From contig NC_043007.1 of NCBI RefSeq assembly GCF_006345805.1, positions 23,312,001-23,376,000 of the forward strand: DNA of 64,000 bases. Direction: 5' to 3'. How positions within the stretch are numbered: the first letter of the stretch is position 1; every line of letters begins with the position of its first letter. Source of the stretch: Octopus sinensis. Lineage: Eukaryota. Under the pieces are notes generated by a model, which searched no databases, was not told the origin of the DNA, and was given only the letters and a program-made list of their open reading frames with translations. Shown here one piece after another: positions 36,486 to 50,271 of this stretch. Position numbers and translations under genes: made by a program.

Positions 36486-36611
36486 GATAAATTTCCTCTA
36501 TTTACATAATATTGAGGTTTCTTTCTTTCTTTTGTTATCTCACCGTTTTTATCAATATATAAATATATATATATGTATATATGTATGTATGTATGTATGT
36601 ATGTACATGTA

Positions 36612-36753
36612 TATATACGCCGGGCTTCTTTCAGTTTTCGTCTACTAAATTCACTCACAAGGCTTTGGTCGGCCCGAGGCTATAGTAGAAGAGACTGAAC
36701 TTGGAACCATGTGGTTGGGAAGCAAGCTTCTTATACAAAGCCATTCCTGCGCC
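36612..36753 (-). mobile_element. SINE A 5' half with an internal deletion
   Basis: GGGCTTCTTTCAGTTTTCGTCTAC...CCATTCCTGCGCC. Confidence 0.8.
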
Positions 36754-36754
36754 T

Positions 36755-36811
<57 letters not shown>

Positions 36812-36899
36812 AATATAAAATTCCATTACTTCACCGAAAGTGGTTCAATCGAAGTAGATTACTTTCATACGTAGTAGAAAATTTTCGAGTGTAAAGTTC

Positions 36900-36997
<98 letters not shown>

Positions 36998-37418
36998 TAT
37001 ATATATATATATATATTACTTGTTTAATAATTCACAATGCGACTGCTTCCTTCATGGCCGTCTTCGATTACATTTATACACACTTATGTACAGCCTAGCT
37101 ACCGTAAATCTATATAGAATGTCAAGGAATTAAGGGAGTTATATATAATAATACAAAGTAATCTTATTGTTATTATAGTTATGTTCAACAAGAAATAGGA
37201 AAGTGAAATTGAAACGCAAAAATAGTGGGAAATCTGATTAAGAAACGAAATTAACTGCATTGGCTTTAATCTTTTTGGTAAACAATACAACGGAGCTAAT
37301 GTCTGTGTATGCGTGTGTGTATACATATTTATATACATGGGTATTTGCGTGTGTGTGTGTGTGTGTTTGTGTAGAAATATATTTAGCAAGCAACTACCGG
37401 GCATAATAAATGATAATG

Positions 37419-37432
37419 ATAATAATAATAAT

Positions 37433-37476
<44 letters not shown>

Positions 37477-37530
37477 ATATATATATATAATATTAATATA
37501 TTAATATATATATATATAATTATTATATAT

Positions 37531-37561
<31 letters not shown>

Positions 37562-37638
37562 ATATATTATATATATATATATATATTATATAATATATAT
37601 ATATTATATATATATTAATATATATATTATATTTATAT

Positions 37639-37675
<37 letters not shown>

Positions 37676-37773
37676 ATATAATATATATATTATATATATA
37701 TATATAATATATATATTATATATATATATTATATATATTATATATATTAATTATTATATATATATATATATAT

Positions 37774-37807
<34 letters not shown>

Positions 37808-37828
37808 ATATTTATATTTAAATATATA

Positions 37829-37871
<43 letters not shown>

Positions 37872-37884
37872 ATATATTTATATT

Positions 37885-37931
<47 letters not shown>

Positions 37932-37936
37932 TTAAA

Positions 37937-37969
<33 letters not shown>

Positions 37970-37973
37970 ATAT
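37419..37973. repeat. About 555 bp containing only A/T (imperfect (TA)n)
   Basis: No G or C seen between 37418 and 37974. Confidence 0.88.
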
Positions 37974-38010
37974 CTATAATATTTATATTTATATTATATA
38001 TATATATATA

Positions 38011-38235
<225 letters not shown>

Positions 38236-38321
38236 TATATTATTGTATAGTCATACGCAGTTATACAGGCATCACAATAAATCAGAGGTGAGAAAATGAA
38301 ATTGAATATGTGTATATATTG

Positions 38322-38366
<45 letters not shown>

Positions 38367-38914
38367 GTACGTATATACATAGGATGAATATTTAATGTCT
38401 GTCGTGTTTGCTATATGAAATTAGGTATATTTGCTCTGGCAGCTCTTGTTAATAATCTAAATGGTCGTAGTTGTCTATTATGATAATATATTAACAATAA
38501 CAAATGATAAGATTGTTATTTCGATCATGAGCAAAATAAATACTATTGGTAATAATAATAAATATCAACAATCGCCATTATAATGATAATAGTAATAGCA
38601 ACATCCATAGCAATGATAATTATAGTAGTAGTATTGTTAATAATGATATCAATAAACACTCAATTTCAACAGCAGTGTCACTAATAGTACTAGCAAACAT
38701 CACTCCAGCTACTAAAATACTAACAATAATAAAAGGGAAAAATACAATTAGGTGATCCAGCTATGGTAATATTATTAAATCATTGATATAATTATTATTA
38801 TGATTAAGAATAATTGTCTTAATTAGTCTTGCTTGATTTGTTTGATAATAGTTGCAATTGTTAGTGATGTGGCCGTAAGTAAAGATGAAAGTAGTAGCAA
38901 TAATAATAATAATG

Positions 38915-39105
38915 ATAATAATAATCCTTTCTACACAAGGTCTGAAATTTTAGTGGGAGGGGACAAGTCGATTACATCAACCTCGGTACATGACTGGTAC
39001 TTAATTTATCAACTCCAAAAAATGAAAGGCGAAGTCAACCTCGGTGGAATTTGAACTCAGAACGTAGAAATGGACGAAATGCCGCTATGAATTTTTCCCG
39101 GCATG
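38915..39105 (-). mobile_element. SINE E-type, diverged
   Basis: Core GGAATTTGAACTCAGAACG next to (AAT)n. Confidence 0.75.
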
Positions 39106-39196
39106 CAAACAATTATATATATATGTATATATTAAATATATATCTTAGATTTAAATAGATTATATATATATAATGTAGTATGTGTATATATATATT

Positions 39197-39248
39197 TATT
39201 CTATGCCTTTAATTATATATATACATATATAATTAAAGGCATAGAATA
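39197..39248. repeat. Perfect 24-bp inverted repeat with 4-nt loop
   Basis: TATTCTATGCCTTTAATTATATAT-ATAC-ATATATAATTAAAGGCATAGAATA. Confidence 0.92.
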
Positions 39249-39357
39249 GATTTCTAGCCTATATGTTGAAAGTATATATGATATATAAAAATCAAAACCT
39301 GTTGTCAGGTGGTGATGGAGGACAATACAAACATAAAGTCACACACACACACACCAC

Positions 39358-39394
<37 letters not shown>

Positions 39395-39628
39395 GACTAT
39401 CAGTTTCCGTTTACCAAATCCACTCACAATATCACAATGCTTTGGTCATCCCAGGACTATTATAGAAACACTTACCCAAGTTGCTGCGCAGTAGGAGTCA
39501 ACCTGAACCTAGAACCATGTGGTTGAGAAACAAACTTAGTACCACACTACCATGCCTGTGCCTAACTATGTGGTCTTCGATTCAATTCCACTGTGTGTTA
39601 CCTTGAGCAAGTGTCTTATAAAGTAGCT

Positions 39629-40045
39629 TATTTCTTTATTGCCCACACAAGGGGCTAAACATAGATGGGACAAACAAAGACAGGCAAAGGGATTAAGTAG
39701 ATTACATCGACCCCAGTGCTTAACTGGTACTTAATTTATCGACCCCGAAGGATGAAAGGCAAAGTCGACCTCGGCGGAATTTGAATTCAGAACGCAACGG
39801 CAGATGAAATAACTATTTCTTTACTACCCACAATGGGCTAAATACAGAGGGGACGAACAAGGACAGACAAACGTATTAAGTCGATTATATCGACCCCGGT
39901 GCGTAACTGGTACTTAATTTATCGACCCCGAAAGGATGAAAGGCAAAGTCGACCTCGGCAGAATTTGAACCCAGAACGCTGCGGCCGACGAAATACCGCT
40001 AAGCATTTCGCCCGGCGTGCTAACGTTTCTGCCAGCTCGCCGCCT
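39629..40045 (-). mobile_element. SINE B dimer
   Basis: Two body+tail units and one head. Confidence 0.9.
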
Positions 40046-40196
40046 TTACTCATACTGATGCTGTGTTATACTGTAGCTGGAAACAGTTGAGTGTTGGCTA
40101 TAGGAAGAGCATCCGGTCGCTGAAAAATCTACCTCAAGATATGTCTGCCCCCTCTCCATGTAAAAGTGGACGATGATGATAATATGTATGTATGAT

Positions 40197-40240
<44 letters not shown>

Positions 40241-40243
<3 letters not shown>

Positions 40244-40436
40244 TAACTTAGAGATAAAACCACTATTAGGCAAATCAAACAGTGAAAAACATAAACCAAA
40301 AATTTTAATAATTTAAATTTTGAATTTTATATTTTATATATTTTGTATATTATATTAATTAATTTTATTTCTATGTTTTGGTTTATGTTTTTCATTGTTT
40401 GATTTGCCTAATAGTGGTTTTATCTCTAATTTAATT
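40241..40436. repeat. 61-bp inverted repeat (2 mismatches) with a 74-bp AT-rich spacer
   Basis: 40241-40301 versus 40376-40436; the right arm resembles the cassette end at about 52560-52598. Confidence 0.88.
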
Positions 40437-40509
40437 TATATTTATACTGTAAAATTAGATATAATCCTAAATCTAATTTTTCCCTGTAAGTTTGGATTTA
40501 CTCCCTAAT

Positions 40510-40542
<33 letters not shown>

Positions 40543-43500
40543 TCATTATGTATTGAATACATTTGCTTAGCCTATTACTGTTTCCAGACTTCCATTCTCC
40601 TGTATGCTTTTGCTAGTTAGGTGGTATCTATGACTGGTTTTATAGTTGGTAGTAATCGTACGTTGTATTTGTTAATGATGATGTTATCACTTCATATGTT
40701 TGCTGTAGACTACATCTTTTTTTCTTTATTTTCAGCAATCAGCCAGTATCTTTTCAATGTTGTTTGAGCTCGCGCTATCTGTCTTGTCATAATGTTTCGC
40801 AATTTTGTATTAATTCTGCTTCTATGATTTAATCTTCTGAGGATTTTTTTTTTTTGCGGGGAGGTCGTGGTGGTGGGGGAGTATGGTGGAATTCTAAATG
40901 AGATGTTTGTGCTACAAACGAATGTTTTATTTTCATTCTAGCTTTGCTTAGTGTTGTGTAATGCGTTCCGTTTCAATGGCTCCTTACTTAAAAAAAAAAT
41001 AGACGATGTACCAGAAAGCTTTTCTAAGTTGTATGCCTACTGAAGTTTGCATACAAATGCAAAGATTAAGTTAGTCATCCGAAATATAGATCTCTAATAT
41101 CATCATTAGTAAAACATATGTGTGTGCGTGTGTCTGTGTACATGTACGTATTTGTACGTACGCGAGTATATATATGTCTGTGAGTATATAAGTTGATAGG
41201 TAGGTAAGTTTATGTATACAAACGAATGAAGAGCACTTGGCACATTACGTAGAGTTTATATTTATAATTAAGATAAATAATGCTCTCCCAGTTCTTTGAC
41301 CAAAAAGAGTTCAGGTATGAACTGCAACGTCTCTTGAAATATTTCATTCTGTTTAGTTCCTCTGGCTACCGTCAGGAAGTGTAATTAATGTTTTGTAGTC
41401 CTTTACTTTGGGGAGACCAATCTCTGTGAGGCGGAATATTGATTGATTTGAAATATTCAGTTCCTATATAAAGCAGTCATTAATAAGGCTATCACCGTAG
41501 TGGAAAACTGAAAATGCAAATTTATGCTTTTGACGACTCGCCGTTAAATAAACAACATGTGTTTTATGCAGGACACAGCGTGAATAGGAAAGACTGAAAT
41601 ATTAGAAAGCCTAGTTGTAAGAGTATATATATATAAGAAGCTTGTCCGTGGGCTTTTTGGTATTGCCAGTGAAAATCGTTGTGGTACTGTACATTATTAT
41701 ATACAAAACTTGGAAAGAAATTTAAAACGAAATATGTTTCAAAATGATCAAGAGTAGCGCGAAAACTAAATCGTACAGACGTCAAAGAACCTATTTACAG
41801 CTCTATCGTATTGTTGCTGTTCATTAGCTACAAGTCAACTCTGACCGAGTAGATGTATGATCAAAAGCGTTCCAGCTGGCCATTCCGTTTTCTTTTTTTT
41901 TTTGTTTCTTTTTCAATGTACTTAGCTTTACAACATCTAATGGAAAAAACACAGGTGTGATTTAAAAGAGATTTGGCTACTATTTATAGCAGGTCAAGTG
42001 ACTGTGTAGAAGGTTCCACATTGGATCTACCATTTATAGATTAGTGGATGAAATCGGTAAAAGGTTTAGGTTGTAGACACTACCTAACGCCAGTGACAGG
42101 ATACGAACATTCAAACCCTTCATTCGGTAATTTACAGCACATTAATGAAGATTTTGAAATAACTGTGTTGAATTACTGAACGACAGTATAGAGAAATATC
42201 ATCTTATGCAAGCATGGATGGTTGAGATTCTGTAAATAGACATTATCTGGAATTGGCAGAGCAGTGTAATTAAACTTTTGAAGTGTAAATACTTGGAAAT
42301 ATATAGACTTAATGACGAAGAATGTCAATAATTTCAAAAATGAAAACTATGCACATTCCTAGATAAAAGCATAAAATTGTGAGAAAAAGAAAGAAAAAAA
42401 ATACACTTGAAAGAATTAAGCTAAGCAGGTATTGTGATAGTGTCAAAACAGCCAATGCTGACAATCAAGAATCACAACAGCAGCCCCAAAGTTCTAATTT
42501 AAAAGCTAAGCACAAGATTAGTGTTTACTCATTAAAAGTTACGTAGAAAATGTTTTTGGAAAAAAAAAAAAAATATCAAAAGCTGTCAATACAGAGAGAG
42601 AAATGTTTGCTCCAGAGATTTACAGTATTAGTAACAAAGTGAGTAGATACGTATGCTGGAATCTGAAAGCAGATGGTACAATACCAAAACAGCAACACTT
42701 AGGGAAATGTCTTATTATACAATCTATAAAAAGACCAAAGGAAAACTGTCGAGATAATATTGGTATTAACTACAAGAAGTAAAATACCTGTTAATAGAAA
42801 TTCCAACCCCTAAGGATGAGAACTTTTGTGTAGAAAAGATAAAGACTTTGAAATGAAATAACTAGACTGGAAAAAATAAAAACCCAAATAATCTTAGTTG
42901 TAGAAAATGTAATGAGGTCATTGAAAAGTATATAAATATACATAAAACGTAGATTACCCAATATTATAATAAGCAAAATATAACAATATAGGCAGAGCGC
43001 ATATGCTATATATTTTATTAACACCTATTGTTCTAAAGCGAGAATTCTTAACTGCAAACAGTTGTGAATACTACGGCCGTTGTATAAATCAAATATGTCT
43101 CGAACATATTTGATTTATACAAAGGAAACATATTTGATTTACTGTAAGGAAACGAAAGTTTACAAAGTCATTTCAGGGTTGTCTCTCTTGCGGTACACGG
43201 AGCTGATGACAGTCACAAAGCAAAAAATGCATTTACCACTTCCGCCAGAGATCGCCTTAAAATGGCTCTTGGCGTTTGTTACCACTTATTGCCCAGAGAG
43301 AGAAGCCTTCTCAACGGCAAATAAAAGTGAATACAGCCTTTGTGCAGGTCAAATATAGCCCCAAATCTAAATTATATGTTTTAAGTATTACATAGCTGTA
43401 GGAAAAGCTTATACCTACATATATGATCTGTAGGGATGCAGTATTTCATTATGCAGCCATTATATACTACAAAGTATATAAAACGTTTTTATAAGTCAAT

Positions 43501-43602
43501 ATCGTGTTCTACTGTGTTAGCAGTGCGATTTACATCACTTGTTAAGGTTATTATCTCTACACTTGTTTTCTGTAGAATATCTGTAGAGAAAACCGTAACA
43601 AG

Positions 43603-43648
<46 letters not shown>

Positions 43649-44439
43649 ACAACACACACACACAAATAGCAACAATCAGAGTGAAATATAAATGATTGTG
43701 TAATATATTTGAGTCACATTGAGAATAATGTGATGACACATCAGATATGTATTAAGCGATAGATTTATATGGGAACTGTTGCCAGTCGCTTGAATCGATT
43801 TGATCTCAGTGAATGAATTGTACGAAATTGATCGATTCTGAAGAGATGAAAGGCTTAATTGGCTCCAAGATCCAAAACAAGAACCCATTCTAACTCAGGA
43901 TTGGTAATAATTTAAACAGTTTCAAAATGTCTCAAAGTTCTGTAGAAAACGAAGAATGAAATTATGTAACATTCATGCATTTCTTCAATCCATTGCATTT
44001 CTTCACAGTAGTGAAGCCGATGGAGTATAAGTGGAATCGAAACCCAGTGGCATCTGTCCTATGGTCTATGTTTTCTTTTACGGTATTTATCAGCAATGTA
44101 AATATTGTCCAGCATAAATACCAAAATGTCTCGCAAATGGTTAATTATCGTATTTTATCATTCTTAGTTCAAATCCCGGTGATGTCAATTTTGTCTTTCA
44201 GTCTTCCGGGGGTCAATAAAATAAATTACGAGTCAAGTACCGGATCAGATTTAATCAACTAACCTATCTCTTTAAATGTTTGGCCTTATGCTGATGTTAG
44301 AAGCAATTATTAACAGGGCGGCGGAAAGCAACGAGCTGGCAGAATCAGATGAGGATTGCCATATGATGATCACCTCTGAACGGTTCCCACTGGAGGAAAG
44401 CTGTATATGCTCAAATATCCACATACAGCAGAAGCTTAT

Positions 44440-44856
44440 ACGCAGGTGTAGCTATGTGATAAGAAGTTTACTTCACAACCACATGGGTCTGGGTTCGGTT
44501 CCTTAGTGCAGCACCTTGAGCAAGTGTTTTCTACTATAGCCATGGACCGGCAAAAGCCCTGTGAGTGGATTTGGTGGACGGAAACTGAAAGAAGCCTGTC
44601 GTACACACAAACAAATACATATGTATATATCTATGTGTGTGTGTCATTGTGTATGTTCTTGTCCCCCACCACCGCTTGACAACTAGTGTTGGTGTGTATA
44701 TGTCTCTATAAATTAGCGGTTCGGCAAAAGTGATCGATAGAATAAATACCCGATTTAGAAAGTAAGTACTAGGGTCGACTAAAGTTCTAAAGTTCTTCAA
44801 AGCGGTGCTCCAGCATGGCCGCAGTCTAATGACTGAAACAAGTAAAAGATGAAAGA
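44440..44856 (+). mobile_element. SINE A, diverged full length
   Basis: Head through tail CAGCATGGCCGCAGTCTAATGACTGAAAC. Confidence 0.85.
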
Positions 44857-45580
44857 CGTCTGTATATACTCAGATATACACACTATATGCGTGCAAGTGT
44901 GCAGAATGTAATACGAATATACTTTAAAAATTGTTTTATTCAATGTACTTACTCTAATGCCATCTGATGTAAAACAAATTAATTGGTCGACTTAATCACT
45001 AAGTAATGACAAAGGAAAATTTGTACTGAATCTAATATTAGTTTGTGACAAGGTTAATAGCCAGGGTTGTTCGTAAAAATTAACAAACTAATGATTAAAT
45101 GATTGGCAATGTATGTAGTCTGCTCAATTTTCACTTTACTCCTAATTTCAGAATAACTGTTCGTTATTCTTAAATTAGGAGCAAAGCGAAAATTGCTGAT
45201 GATTAATTTAAATCATATACCCCTCCCGATGTTGAATACTTCAACATTTTTACTACTTTTTGTGCAATTTAATTAAAAATCGAACATAATTTCTATAAAC
45301 TGTATTGTGTATAAACAATAGCAGGAATGTTTTTATAACTAATTTTATTTTGATGAAAGTCTAAATATTTGAAACCATATTGGAATAAATAAATTTTTGA
45401 AATATTTACTCGTAAGATTTGGAATATACAAACCGTAATCAAAATATTTTCGTATGATTTTTACTCTTTTTAGGCTCAGCTAACTACTAATTATTATATT
45501 TTTTTGTGACTTGTATCAATTTATCTGCAAAAATTGAACCTGTATTTGTTTTCTCTCTTTAAAAGGGGTGAATTTTTTTA

Positions 45581-45998
45581 AGGCGACGAGCTTGCAGAAA
45601 CGTTAGCACGCCGGGCGAAATGCTTAGCGGTATTTCGTTTGCCGTTACGTTCTAAGTTCAATTTCCACCGAGGTCGACTTTGCCTTTCATCCTTTCGGGG
45701 TCGATAAATTAAGTACCAGTTACACACTGGGGTCGATATAATCGACTTAATCTGTTTGTCTGTCCTTGTTTGTCTCCTCTGTGTTTATCCCCTTGTGGAT
45801 AATAAAGAAACGGGTATTTCGTCTGCCGCTACGTTCCGAGTTCAAATTACGCCGAGGTCGACTTTACCTTTCATCCTTTCGGGGTCGATTAAATAAGTAC
45901 CAGTTACGCACTGGAGTCGATACAATCGACTTCATCCGTTTGTCTGTCCTTGTTTGTCCTCTCTGTGTTTAACCCCTTGTGGGTAGTAAAAAAATAGG
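45581..45998 (+). mobile_element. SINE B dimer
   Basis: Head AGGCGACGAGCTTGCAG; two units. Confidence 0.9.
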
Positions 45999-46131
45999 TG
46001 TGGATTTTTTTTTAATCAATTGTGGATTTCTTTTATCCTGCGTTGAGTAGGTCTAGTTTATCACCAATTCATTCATCATTGATCCAGAATTGTACGGTAT
46101 GCCAATTGTGACCCATGTCACTTTAAATTTT

Positions 46132-46300
46132 CCTGAGCATTGAGGATGGGAGCGCAATTTTGCAGTGGAAATAGAATCATTGACTGATCGCCGACCAGTG
46201 TTATCACAAATCAATTCATGATCTGTGACAACACTGGTTGACGATCAAGCAATTACTCTACTTCAACTAAAAAAGCGCGTTCCCATCCTCAATGCTCAGG
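46132..46300. repeat. Imperfect long hairpin of about 170 bp (fold-back/MITE-like)
   Basis: Outer CCTGAGCATTGAGGATGGG / CCCATCCTCAATGCTCAGG; inner 28-bp stem 46186-46213 / 46219-46246. Confidence 0.85.
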
Positions 46301-48759
46301 CAACTTTAAGTCTTGTAACGAAACCTATTTTCCTCATACGTTTTATTGTTCATATATCGCTGATTCATTAACTCTGTTTTACTTTGATATTTAATTTTTT
46401 CTTTTAACAAAACACTGTGATGAAAGAGGATAGATGTACACTAAAATTATCCAAAGATATTAAATCTTTAACATACTTAATATAACAGGCTATTTAGACC
46501 ATACGGTATTCACAGAATTGTTTTGAACTGTGGGATGTTTTAACGTTTATTACTGTAACAGATGCTTCAGGTAAGAGGGCCCTTTTTTTATTTTTATCTG
46601 AAAATGCATCAAAAATTCAAAATTACTCTTTTACTGTCATTTTTGATGAGTTTAAAAGAAAAATACGATAAACATTTTTATTATCGCACTTGAGAAAACG
46701 CAAACACTTATTTTTATTATCAATTAATTCTAAGAGATAAGAGAACATTTATGATTAATACTTAAGTATTTACCACAACAAACGCAATTCCTAAAACCAA
46801 GAGTTTAGTCTTTTGAAATATCAAGCATAAGATATTAATAACTCATTTGGAGTAGTTCCTACATTCCTGAGATTTTTTTAATGTTTGATTTAGAAACAGA
46901 ACACTACTTTGATCAATAAGCATCATGAAGTATTACAAAATGCCGTAGTTAAATATTTGCCTTCACATGTTTTGAGAAGGAAATGTGATCTTTTCTATTG
47001 CAATCTGAAGTCAATTTAGGATTTAGTATGGAAAGACCGCATCGCTCCGTTAGTCAGCCACTGATATGGACTGAACAATAGAAATGCAAATATTCCTGAG
47101 TTCTTCCAACAATTATGTTTGGCAGAATTTATGCATATATACATGACTGCTAAAGATGTATGTACTTTGTGCCAAAATTTGAAGCCAATACAGTTTTTTT
47201 TTTGTAGATAGTATTGAATGGTTGTACTGTCAATTACTGTTTTCCTGACTAGTTTTATCTTATACTGTGATGTGAGTACTTTAGGGTGTATCATTGTTGT
47301 AAATATCTCGGCGAGAAAGTGATGTATTTTTAAGGCCAATGTAGCTATTAGAGTGGTTTATTTTTATGGTTGCATGTATATTTCTGAATAACATTGATCC
47401 CCTGCAATTCGTTCCGAGGACCGAGCGGGGAAAAAAACACAATAATGAGTCTGAGACTAGTGGTGTTTATTTATTTCAGCAAGTAAGGAAGACAACTCCT
47501 CGTATGGTTCAATCTCATTAGATCTTTACAGCAAAGCAGAGATTTCAGCATAGCCGAAGTAATCAGGGGGGAATCACTAAGTAAATGTAAAATAACCTGA
47601 CGCGATAAATAAACATTTTTTTTTAATACTAATCACTAAGGTTAATTGTTCAGAATTATCAGCCACTTAAAAACACAATAATTACGATTGTGTTAATATA
47701 TTTAATATTGTGAGTATTAGTTATTTAGTAAGGAAAAGCAAGTTCGATGATTAATACTTCATATCATTTCGGAAAATATGTTCAAAATACAAGGTACGTG
47801 TGTGTGTGTGTATGTGTGTGTGTGTGTGCGTGCGTGCGTGCGTATGTGTACAATTTATTCGTTTAGTGCCCCGGGTTTTCTACCTCCTGAAATGCCCAGA
47901 AACAACATTCATTAAATTTAACGTGATGCAGAAAGACAACCACTTTATTGGTTAGACAAGGTAGTGTGAGGCTAATATGTAAATTGTGCTATAAGTTAGT
48001 AATAAATAGGGAAAAGGGAATATTTTCCGAATAATCAGCTATTCATAATAAATAGTACAAGAGAAGTAATGAAAGTTGAAAACTAAAACTATTGAAAATG
48101 GTTTTAAAGTTTGGCACATGACCAGTAATTTTAAGGGATGGCTGAGTCGATTATATCAACCCCAGTACTTGACTGGCTTTTATCAACTTTATATATTCGA
48201 TCAACAGCTGGATTCTGCCTTTATATCGAAGCACATTTTCACTCAAGTGTTTGTTGTACCTGTAGAATCTGATTAGTTTTACATCCACGAGGTCAATTAC
48301 TCTGAAGAAACTTACTGCTCAGTTACATGCAAACCATAGGCAGGACTCTATTTCAATGATAATTCGATATTGTAAATGAAATCAAGGATGCTGAGAATTA
48401 TATTATTTAAGTTTACAGGTAAATTCAGTTAAAGTGATAGAGTGATTTTATGGCTCTGCTTAAGTGGCTTATTACAGCCGGTTAATTCATTTTAGGTCTG
48501 CGGGTGATTATTTCTTGAACATTTTTGGTTGCAACAGTGAAGAAATTTGATATTTGAGTTGTGGCCTGTACTTTGTATATTATAATGAAATTGCTCACCT
48601 ATAAATTATTATCGACCCCACCCCATAAGCAAGCTACTTACCTCACAGCCACTCATAGATTTCAATTTCAATTATTCTCAGTTATTGCTTCCAGTTTGAT
48701 TCCGTTTAACAATTTCAAATTTCAAGCTTAATTGCTTCCTTTAAACAATTTGTATGATC

Positions 48760-49943
48760 ACTGAGGATGTGCTCCAGGTGAGAGAGAGAGAACCGCGGTA
48801 ATATACTTAGTTGCTATCCAAAAGCTCTGCACGACGATCGCTACCGTTGACGTCATGGCTAGGTTCTAAAGGTCATAGGCAACACAATCTACAATGGGAT
48901 TAACCACTACGAGCGCCACCACCAAATGAAGAAGACTATTGCGTGTATCAAGGCAGGTGCAAAGATGATGCCAGGCTTTGCTGCTAGCGACAGCATAAGA
49001 CTGGGCGCTAAAAGTCGAAACAGAAAAGCTGCTGAAGTTCCCAGAAACTACCGCCTCAACATCGCTATAGTCAGACGTGATGCTGATCTCGGAAACATCC
49101 AAGGAAGTGGTTCTGTTAGAACTCTCCATTGCATGTGAGGAAGAGATCAAAATATGGTGGGTTGGCAGAGTTATATGGAAATTAAATGCAGTAAGCAAGA
49201 TATGATCCCAGTCAGCTGGAATGCATAGGATCCACGGGGTGGGGATTGCCTCTACAAATCCCACAGCCCGCAGATGTGAACTGGCAGAAACGTTAGCACG
49301 CCGGGCGAAATGCTTAGCGGTATTTCATCTGGCGCTACGTTCTGAGTTCAAATTCCGCCGAGGTCGACTTTGCCTTTCATCCTTTCGGGGTCGATAAATT
49401 AAGTACCAGTTACGCACTGGGGTCGATGTAATCGACTTAATACCTATGTCTGTCCTTGTTTGTCCCCTCTATGTTTAGCCCCTTGTGGGTAATAAAGAAA
49501 TAGGTATTTCGTCTTCCGCTACGTTCTGAGTTCAAATTCCGCCGAGGTCGACTTTGCCTTTCATCCTTTCGGGGTCGATAAATTAAGTACCAGTTACGCA
49601 CTGGGGTCGATATAATCGACTTAATCCGTTTGCCTGTCCTTGTTTGTCCCCTCTTTGTTTAGCCCCTTGTGGGTAATAAAGAAACAGATCCCACCTCCCG
49701 CAGGGTATGGCACTCGAGTCGATGGAAAGCTATCAAGTTGACTATAGAGGCACAGAGGTTGAATAAATGGGGCTGTGGATCAGGAGATGTGAGCACTGGA
49801 GGGAGTAGTGTTAACTGCACCCAGGTTGGAGCTTGATCAATCCTGCTTGAGTTGTCTGCATGAGGATGTCAGCTGAAAACCCAAAACACGCTATGACTCC
49901 TGTGAACATCAATGATCTATTTAGGTGCATCACAAGATGATAC
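48760..49943 (+). pseudogene. Decayed HERO-like (R2-superfamily, RLE) retrotransposon 3' part, interrupted by a SINE B dimer
   Basis: NILSCYPKALHDDRYR*RHG*VLK..., then LLATA*DWALKV...LKFPE...L*SDVMLISETSKEVVLLELS (RHD and PD..ELT RLE motifs); the C-terminus ...LWIRR and the UTR resume after 49703. Confidence 0.75.
49274..49685 (+). mobile_element. SINE B dimer inserted in the HERO remnant
   Basis: Degenerate TSD AAATCCCACAGCCCGCAG (49256-49273) / AGATCCCACCTCCCGCAG (49686-49703). Confidence 0.9.
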
Positions 49944-50214
49944 ATAAACACACACACACACACACACAAACACACGTGTAGTGTGGGTGCATGCACGTGC
50001 GCGTATTTTCATACATCGTATTGCGATGCATTTTGACTGATCGTTGGTGATATTTAATTATGTCTGTATTATGTTATTTCAGATATTTATTTCTGCTATA
50101 CATTTAGCATGTAGGCATATAGTCAAAACACTGAATTTCCTTAACATATTTATTCTTTTGTAATATATGTCGCAGATTCAAATTTCACGAAAACGTGTTA
50201 CACGTGTGTAAAAA

Positions 50215-50271
<57 letters not shown>

